Assembly (NCBI GenBank): GCA_964633875.1
Contig: CAZWKL010000004.1
Location: 1,971-65,970, forward strand
DNA from: an uncultured Pseudomonadales bacterium
Lineage (GTDB): Bacteria; Patescibacteriota; Microgenomatia; UBA1400; PJMF01
Direction of reading: 5' to 3'
Length of the DNA stretch: 64,000 nucleotides
The translations under genes were made by a program, and so were the position numbers. The notes under the pieces are model-generated. The model made no database searches, was not told the origin of the DNA, and worked only from the letters and a program-made list of their open reading frames with translations. Below, piece by piece: positions 57,931 to 64,000 of the stretch (positions are counted from its first letter, which is position 1; each line of letters opens with the position of its first letter).

Positions 57931-59067
57931 ATGCTTAACAGAATGCTTTATCCGCAGTTATTAAATGTTTTGCAACCTGGCAAAGTGGTGGTTGTTTATG
58001 GACCCAGGAGAGTCGGAAAAACGTACCTACTCAACCAACTCATAGATGAGCTGAGCCAATCAGGCCAGACTTGCAAGTATGCCAACGGTGAAAGTTTGGT
58101 GGTGCAACAACAATTGTCTGCCCAAATTCCCGAAAAGCTCTATCAGTTTTTGGATGGAGCAGAGGTTTTGGTGGTAGATGAGGCTCAGCAAATTCCTCAA
58201 ATTGGGCTAAATCTTAAATTACTGATTGATACTTATCCGCATCTAAAGATTGTAGCTAGTGGTTCGGCTTCCTTTAGCCTGTCTCAGGAGGTAGGAGAAC
58301 CACTGACGGGGCGAAAAAAAACCTTAACGCTTTATCCAGTATCTATTCAAGAGCTGGTTCAGAATTACTCTACTGAAATGGTCCAAGCTACAGTAGTTGA
58401 TAGGTGTATTTATGGCGGGTATCCGGAGTTATTTAACTTGGATTCTGTTTCTGAGCAACAAGATTACTTGGAGGATTTAGTTGATTCGTATTTGTTCAAG
58501 GATATTCTAGAATTAGAACAAATCAAGGGAGCAAAAAAACTCTATGACTTGTTGACTTTGCTGGCTTTCCAGATAGGCAAAGAGGTATCTTTGTCAGAAT
58601 TGGGGAACAGGCTGGATTTGCACAAGGATACGGTTGCCAGATATTTAGATTTGTTGGAAAAATCATTTGTAGTGTTTAACTTGCGTGGGTATTCTCGAAA
58701 TTTACGCAAAGAGATCAGTAAGACTTCTCGGTATTATTTTTGGGATATGGGCATTCGCAATGCTTTAATCAGAAATTACAATCCGCCAAACATGAGAAAT
58801 GACATAGGCGCTATTTGGGAAAACTTTTTGGTGATGGAGCGGATTAAGAAGTTGGCTTATCAGAACAAAACAGCTAACTATTATTTCTGGCGAACGTATG
58901 ATCAAAAAGAGATTGATTGGATAGAAGAAAGGGATGGTTTATTGCGCGGCTTTGAGATGAAGTGGGGATCCCGATTGCCTAAAGCTCCGGAAGACTGGCT
59001 GGCAACCTACGCCAATGCTAGCTATGAGGTAGTGAATAGGGAGAATTATTTGGAGTTTGTGTCTTAG
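57931..59067 (+). CDS. AAA+ ATPase (AAA_14 plus DUF4143, PD-(D/E)xK-like C-terminus)
   Basis: GPRRVGKT, VVDEAQ, SGS, LTGRK, YGGYP, YFWD.GIRN, EIDWI...FEMK; ATG follows TGGTATAAT. Confidence 0.9.
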   Translation: MLNRMLYPQLLNVLQPGKVVVVYGPRRVGKTYLLNQLIDELSQSGQTCKYANGESLVVQQQLSAQIPEKLYQFLDGAEVLVVDEAQQIPQIGLNLKLLIDTYPHLKIVASGSASFSLSQEVGEPLTGRKKTLTLYPVSIQELVQNYSTEMVQATVVDRCIYGGYPELFNLDSVSEQQDYLEDLVDSYLFKDILELEQIKGAKKLYDLLTLLAFQIGKEVSLSELGNRLDLHKDTVARYLDLLEKSFVVFNLRGYSRNLRKEISKTSRYYFWDMGIRNALIRNYNPPNMRNDIGAIWENFLVMERIKKLAYQNKTANYYFWRTYDQKEIDWIEERDGLLRGFEMKWGSRLPKAPEDWLATYANASYEVVNRENYLEFVS

Positions 59068-59198
59068 GGACTGCCCAGGCAAAATTCCAAAATTCGTGGT
59101 ATAATCCAACTCCTAATACAACAAATGGTTACTTTATCCGCCGGTTATGCTTGCTGGGCAAACATTTACTGACGGCATAAGGGCATGAAAGGAATACC

Positions 59199-59468
59199 AT
59201 GGCATTGGTGAAAAACCAGAAGTCCCAGATTATCAAAGACTTCCAACTTTACGAAGGCGACACCGGTTCGCCCGAGGTGCAAATTGCTTTGTTGACCGCT
59301 TCGATTCAGGAGCTGACTAAGCATTTGGGTGCTCACAAAAAAGACGACCACTCCCGCCGGGGCTTGCTCAAGCAGGTGGCTAAACGCCGCCGGTTGCTTA
59401 ATTTTCTTCGCGATCGCAGTGAGGAGCGCTACCGCAAGCTGCTTGATCGGTTGGGTTTGAGTAAGTAA
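59199..59468 (+). CDS. rpsO: 30S ribosomal protein S15
   Basis: [24 protein letters not shown]. Confidence 0.98.
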   Translation: MALVKNQKSQIIKDFQLYEGDTGSPEVQIALLTASIQELTKHLGAHKKDDHSRRGLLKQVAKRRRLLNFLRDRSEERYRKLLDRLGLSK

Positions 59469-59526
59469 TTTTTATTGCTGAAAAATACCAAAAATCGTGG
59501 TATAATCCACCTATTAACAACACCGT

Positions 59527-59675
59527 GGGTGAGACCATAAGAGGATTCAAGAGAAGAAATACCCAGGTGGTTCTCGGTTGCAAGCTGTGCGCCCCAGGCA
59601 GAATAGCCCTGGAAGGTGGATAACTTAGAGCTGAGAATCCTTGTTTCTTCTCCAGAATACTCTTTTCCCTCGCCC
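59527..59675 (+). promoter_or_regulatory. Long imperfect hairpin in the pnp leader
   Basis: Nested pairs GGGTGAG/CTCGCCC, AAGAGGATTC/GAATACTCTT, GAGAAGAAAT/GTTTCTTCTC, TTCTCGGTT/AGCTGAGAA, CCAGG/CCTGG. Confidence 0.65.
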
Positions 59676-59712
59676 GCCGAACCGTACTTTTGGTACGAAA
59701 GAAAGGATTAGG

Positions 59713-61998
59713 ATGTCATATCCGACATACCCCAATACTTATAAAAAGGAAATTGCCGTTGGTGATAAGAAAATCACCATTGAAGTGGGCAAATTTTCCG
59801 AACAAGTCAGCGCTGCTGTGCTGGCTACCTGTGGCGAAACCGTGGTGCACACGACGGTGGCTCTGGGCGGCAAGGCCAATCTTGGCTACTTCCCGCTAGG
59901 AGTGGAGTTCGCTGAAAAATTGTACTCCGGCGGTATTATCAAAGGCTCCCGCTGGGTCAAGCGCGACGGCCGCCCTTCTGATGACACTATCTTGAAGGCG
60001 CGGGTGATTGATCGCTCGCTCAGGCCGCTTTTTCCCGAGGGCGTGACTCACGAAGTGCAGATTGTCAACACGGTTTTTTCCTATGATGGCGAAAACGATC
60101 CGGACATGCTGGGCATGATGGCCAGCGCGGTTGGTTTGGCTATTTCTGAAATTCCCTTTGCCGGTCCGATTGCCGGTTTGCGCATGGGCTATAGCAAGGA
60201 AACTGGTGAGTTCATGATGAATCCCACCAATACTGAGCGCGAAGCCAGCGATCTGGATTTGATTGTGGCTGGTTCCGGCCAGAGCATCGTTATGGTCGAG
60301 GCTGGCGCCAATGAAGTTTCAGAAGAAGTTGTGGTTGAGTCTTTGGTGAAAGCTCAAGCTGAGCTAGGCAAAATTTGCCAAACTATTGACAAAATTGTGG
60401 CTGAAATTGGCAAAGAAAAAGTGGCGCTTATTTCTGAGGAAGATCACGAAAAAGAAGCGGTCATTGAGGCTTTGGCTGAAGAAATTCATGCCGGTTTTGC
60501 CAGCGAACTGCAAGAGGTAGTTCGCCAAAAAGGCAGGCTGCAGCCGTCAAATATTGATGAGTTAACTCTGAAAATTATTGAAAAACTCAACACCAAGCGT
60601 GGCGCTGACGAGCCAGTAGATGGAGGCCAAGTCAATGCCGCCCTTTACCGGTTGCAAAAACGTTACGCCAGGGAAATGATCCTGGAAAAAGGCGAGAGAC
60701 CTGATGGCCGCAAAGCTGAAGAAATCCGCGAAATCTGGACCGAAATTGATGTTTTTCCTCGTACTCATGGTTCGGCTTTGTTCAAGCGCGGCGCCACTCA
60801 GGCTGTGACCGTTGCTACTTTGGGCAATCCTTCCCTTGGGCAGTACGTGGAGGGTATTGGCGGTGAGGAAGTGCGTCATTACATCCATCACTACAACATG
60901 CCTCCGTATGCTTCTGGCGAAGCTGGCAGGTTTGGTTATCCCAAGCGCCGGGAAATCGGCCATGGCGCCTTGGCTGAGCGCGCGCTCTTACCAATGATTC
61001 CGTCACAAGCAGAATTCCCCTACACTATTCATTTGGTCTCGGAAATTATGAGCTCGAACGGCTCAACTTCCCAGGCTGCTGTTTGTGGTTCTACTTTGTC
61101 ACTGATGGCGGCCGGTGTGCCGATTAAAAGGCCAGTTTCCGGGATTGCTATGGGCTTGATGAGTGACGGCAAAAAACAGGTGATTCTTTCCGATATTCAG
61201 GGCTTGGAAGACCATGTTGGTGATATGGACTTCAAAGTGGCTGGATCTGAGGAAGGTATTACCGCCATCCAGATGGATATTAAATTGACCGGTATTTCCA
61301 GAGAAATTTTGGAAAAAGCCCTGGCTCAAGCCAAAGCCGGGCGCTTGCATATTCTCAAGGAAATGCTCAAAACTATCAGTGATCCGCGGCCGAATATTTC
61401 TGAGTATGCTCCTAAGATTGAGCAACTGGAAATTCCTGGTGATAGGATCGGTGAATTGATTGGGCCAGGGGGTAAGGTGATCAAAGACATTATTGAGCGC
61501 ACTGGTGCTGAAATTAATGTTGAGGAAGATACCGAAAGGCAAATTGGCCTGGTCAATATTTCTTCTACTGATCAAGACGCCATTGGCAACGCTGTCAGAA
61601 TTATCAGCAACATGATGAGAGTGGTGGAAGTTGGCGAAGAGTTTGCAGGCGATGTGACCAGGGTGGAAAGCTACGGCGCTTTTGTTGAGTACCTGCCTGG
61701 CAGAGAAGGCCTGGTTCATGTTTCCAGAATGTCTACCGAGTATGTCGCTGATGCCAACGATATTGTGTCGGTGGGTGACACCGTCACGGTTAGAATTGCT
61801 GAAATTAAAGAAGACGGCAAAATTGGGCTGTCCATGCTCACTGCCGAGCAAGAAGCAGCCAGCAAAAACAACACCCGAGAGAGCCGTGGCCAGCGGCCGT
61901 TTAGAGGCGGCGACCGTGGCCGGGGTGGTGATCGCGGCCGAGGAGGCGACCGAAATCGTGGCTACAACCGGGGTGGTGACCGCGGCGGCAGAAGGTAA
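59713..61998 (+). CDS. pnp: Polyribonucleotide nucleotidyltransferase
   Basis: RVIDRSLRPLF, RPDGR, RREIGHG, SNGSTS, GDMDFKVAG; KH and S1 domains; AAAGGA RBS before ATG 59713. Confidence 0.98.
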   Translation: MSYPTYPNTYKKEIAVGDKKITIEVGKFSEQVSAAVLATCGETVVHTTVALGGKANLGYFPLGVEFAEKLYSGGIIKGSRWVKRDGRPSDDTILKARVIDRSLRPLFPEGVTHEVQIVNTVFSYDGENDPDMLGMMASAVGLAISEIPFAGPIAGLRMGYSKETGEFMMNPTNTEREASDLDLIVAGSGQSIVMVEAGANEVSEEVVVESLVKAQAELGKICQTIDKIVAEIGKEKVALISEEDHEKEAVIEALAEEIHAGFASELQEVVRQKGRLQPSNIDELTLKIIEKLNTKRGADEPVDGGQVNAALYRLQKRYAREMILEKGERPDGRKAEEIREIWTEIDVFPRTHGSALFKRGATQAVTVATLGNPSLGQYVEGIGGEEVRHYIHHYNMPPYASGEAGRFGYPKRREIGHGALAERALLPMIPSQAEFPYTIHLVSEIMSSNGSTSQAAVCGSTLSLMAAGVPIKRPVSGIAMGLMSDGKKQVILSDIQGLEDHVGDMDFKVAGSEEGITAIQMDIKLTGISREILEKALAQAKAGRLHILKEMLKTISDPRPNISEYAPKIEQLEIPGDRIGELIGPGGKVIKDIIERTGAEINVEEDTERQIGLVNISSTDQDAIGNAVRIISNMMRVVEVGEEFAGDVTRVESYGAFVEYLPGREGLVHVSRMSTEYVADANDIVSVGDTVTVRIAEIKEDGKIGLSMLTAEQEAASKNNTRESRGQRPFRGGDRGRGGDRGRGGDRNRGYNRGGDRGGRR

Positions 61999-62017
61999 AT
62001 CTTTGCTTTAGAAACCC

Positions 62018-62051
62018 AACAACCCCTCGTATTGAGGGGTTGTTTGTTTTT
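62018..62051 (+). terminator. Intrinsic terminator after pnp
   Basis: AACAACCCCTC-GTATT-GAGGGGTTGTT-TGTTTTT. Confidence 0.85.
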
Positions 62052-62067
62052 CAGGTATACTGATCAT

Positions 62068-62916
62068 ATGCACATTCAGGCAATTTCCTCAGCCGACGGA
62101 ATTATAGGCATTATGGCCTTGGATCAGTTGCCTTTATTGGCCGAGCAACTAGAGCTGGATCTCAACAATCAAGAACACCAACAGCTAGCCAGTCAGTTGG
62201 CTGTACAACTGATGAAAAGCCTTTCCGCGGAAAGCACCGGCGTTATTGTCAGTCCGGAGTTCAACTTTCCTGCCATTATTCACAAAGCTAATAACGCCGG
62301 TTTGCTCTTAAGTTTAGAAGAAAGAAAAACCAGCCTTGATCCGCTGCAAATACCGCAGTTGGCGGAAAACTGGGGGCCGGAGCACATCAAGAACAATTAC
62401 GGGGTTTGCAAGCTGGAGCTTTATTATCATCCTCAGGAGCCAAACGCGCTCAAGAAAAGGCAGTTGGCGGCAGAAATTTATGACTATTGCCAATATTTGG
62501 GGATAGATTTTCTCTTGGAGCTGAAAATTTTTGCTATTAGTAATGAAGAAACGGAAGAGCAGCAGCAGGAAGCAAAATTAAGGGCGGTGACGGAGTTCAG
62601 GACTCTTTGTGACGCCATGGCGGTTAGTCCACCTCAAGATCCTTTGGCAATGGTGACAGTGACAGCCGAACTGGATATTCCCTGGCTTTACGCCAATGAC
62701 AGCTTAAATTATGAAGCCTACAAGGAAGGTATGAGGGCAGCGCTTGATAGCGGCGCTGTTGGTTTTGTGGTTGGTCACTCGCTTTGGGCGGAAATGCCGG
62801 ATGTGAAGCAGGGCAGCTTGGAAGATGCTTTTAATTTTATCCAAACTACTGTTCGCGACCGGCTGATTGAGCTAAGGCGAATTGCCGCCGAGAAAAAAGC
62901 CAGTAATTCGGTATAA
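62068..62916 (+). CDS. LacD/tagatose-bisphosphate aldolase-like TIM barrel, catalytic Lys apparently lost
   Basis: MALDQ, CKLELYYHP, FLLE, IPW, GAVGFVVG..LW. Confidence 0.7.
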   Translation: MHIQAISSADGIIGIMALDQLPLLAEQLELDLNNQEHQQLASQLAVQLMKSLSAESTGVIVSPEFNFPAIIHKANNAGLLLSLEERKTSLDPLQIPQLAENWGPEHIKNNYGVCKLELYYHPQEPNALKKRQLAAEIYDYCQYLGIDFLLELKIFAISNEETEEQQQEAKLRAVTEFRTLCDAMAVSPPQDPLAMVTVTAELDIPWLYANDSLNYEAYKEGMRAALDSGAVGFVVGHSLWAEMPDVKQGSLEDAFNFIQTTVRDRLIELRRIAAEKKASNSV

Positions 62917-62952
62917 TATCGGCACAAGAGGTGTAATAGGGACAAGAAATTT

Positions 62953-63261
62953 ATGGTCAGAATTTTGCGCGATTTAGCCACTTTTATCTTTGGTTTGGTC
63001 GAGTTACTGCTGCTTTTTAGGTTTGTACTTAAATTATTGGCAGCCAATCCGACAGCATCGTTTGTGGCCTGGATTTATGAAAACAGCCTCCCGCTGTTGC
63101 AGCCGTTTTTGTTTGCCTTTCCCACTTCGTCTATTCAAGGCGGCCACGTGATCGAGTTCACCACGCTTTTTGCCATTTTTGTTTATGCTTTTGCCAGCTA
63201 CTTGATTCAAGAACTGCTTTTTGTATTAGCTAAACAAGCCAGAGGCCGGAGGCGCAAATGA
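62953..63261 (+). CDS. YggT family membrane protein
   Basis: LLLFRFVLKLLAANP..FV.WIY..S.PLLQPF. Confidence 0.8.
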   Translation: MVRILRDLATFIFGLVELLLLFRFVLKLLAANPTASFVAWIYENSLPLLQPFLFAFPTSSIQGGHVIEFTTLFAIFVYAFASYLIQELLFVLAKQARGRRRK

Positions 63262-63752
63262 AAATTCAGGTTAAAAACAAGTTGGCGGTGGTTTTTACTA
63301 ATTTGCTGTATGCCGCTCCCCGCAGCGCCATGTACTTTGCCGGCGGCTACTTGGGCGCGGCTTTACTGCTGCCAATTATTGCCCAGCGGCCGTTTGAGGA
63401 GCTGATTTTTTGGGTGGGGCTGATTAGTTTTGGAGTTTTGCTGGTAGTTGTAGCCAAACAGGTGATCAACTCGCTGCTGCACGCCAAGCATACTACGGTG
63501 GAGCTTACTGCCAGCAGCATTGATTGTGAAATTTCCGGCTTCACTACCGAGAGCTTTTCCATTCCGCTGGATCAAATTAGTAGCGTCAGGGTTTCTCAGG
63601 CTTTTATGGATAAGTTTTTTGGGGTTTCCAGTGTGGTGGTGAGTCAGATTGCCGGTACTTTTGCTGTTTATGGTTTTGATTACGAGGACGCGAAAAAATT
63701 TGCTAAGCAGTATTCTGCTAAGCAGCAGGCTCGGGTGAGCAGGAAAAATTAG
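63258..63752 (+). CDS. 2-TM protein with bacterial PH domain
   Basis: SIPLDQISSVRVSQAFMDKFFGVSSV. Confidence 0.7.
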   Translation: MKIQVKNKLAVVFTNLLYAAPRSAMYFAGGYLGAALLLPIIAQRPFEELIFWVGLISFGVLLVVVAKQVINSLLHAKHTTVELTASSIDCEISGFTTESFSIPLDQISSVRVSQAFMDKFFGVSSVVVSQIAGTFAVYGFDYEDAKKFAKQYSAKQQARVSRKN

Positions 63753-63860
63753 CCAAAGCTTCACAGAGCTCTTACAATTTTATCATTAAAATATTGGCAC
63801 CAATCCGTACCATGCAACCGTTACAAGCTATTTACCAAATTTGCCAAACGAAAGGCTAAA

Positions 63861-64000
63861 ATGTTTCAACTTCCCGATCTCCCTTATGATTATGCCGCCT
63901 TGGAGCCGACTATTGATGAGGCCACGATGAAGCTGCACCATGACAAACACCACGCTGCTTATACCAACAAACTCAACGATGCCATTGCCGGCACCGAACT
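63861..64000 (+). CDS. sod: Fe/Mn superoxide dismutase (5' part, runs off the window)
   Basis: [39 protein letters not shown]. Confidence 0.93.
   Translation, partial: MFQLPDLPYDYAALEPTIDEATMKLHHDKHHAAYTNKLNDAIAGTE

Overview
Core chromosomal segment of a bacterium using the standard code 11. It is most likely a Patescibacteria (CPR) member of the Microgenomates group; this is inferred from DUF5657/DUF5667-like genes, an N-terminally truncated IF2, tandem class A PBPs, pilN/pilO, a stand-alone 5'-3' exonuclease and many apparently leaderless genes. In order, it contains the 3' end of an rRNA operon (23S end, 5S), pilus and cell-wall genes, rpsT, lepA, smpB, nrdR-nrdJ, t6A genes, groESL, two tRNA-CAT genes, a Xer recombinase, trpS, ftsH, hrcA-grpE-dnaK-dnaJ, nusA-infB, rpsO-pnp and the start of sod. 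The most notable observations are: (1) an unannotated 29-aa WWR...WWR leader peptide with terminator/antiterminator before trpS; (2) a VTC-CotH-DUF4956 cassette that may couple polyphosphate synthesis and export to extracellular phosphorylation; (3) a DUF1566/C-type-lectin gene resembling a remote DGR target, next to an FN3 surface protein and a MacB-type ABC system; (4) a LAGLIDADG intein in the FtsH Walker A motif; (5) Nudix-GrpE and TsaC-TsaE fusions; (6) variant CIRCE operators that add ftsH to the HrcA regulon; (7) a 69-nt non-canonical initiator tRNA; (8) a LacD-like pseudo-aldolase, two decayed toxin-antitoxin modules and an unexplained multi-hairpin element after groEL. No CRISPR array, prophage, transposase or reverse transcriptase was seen. 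All calls come from reading motifs by eye; no searches were run.
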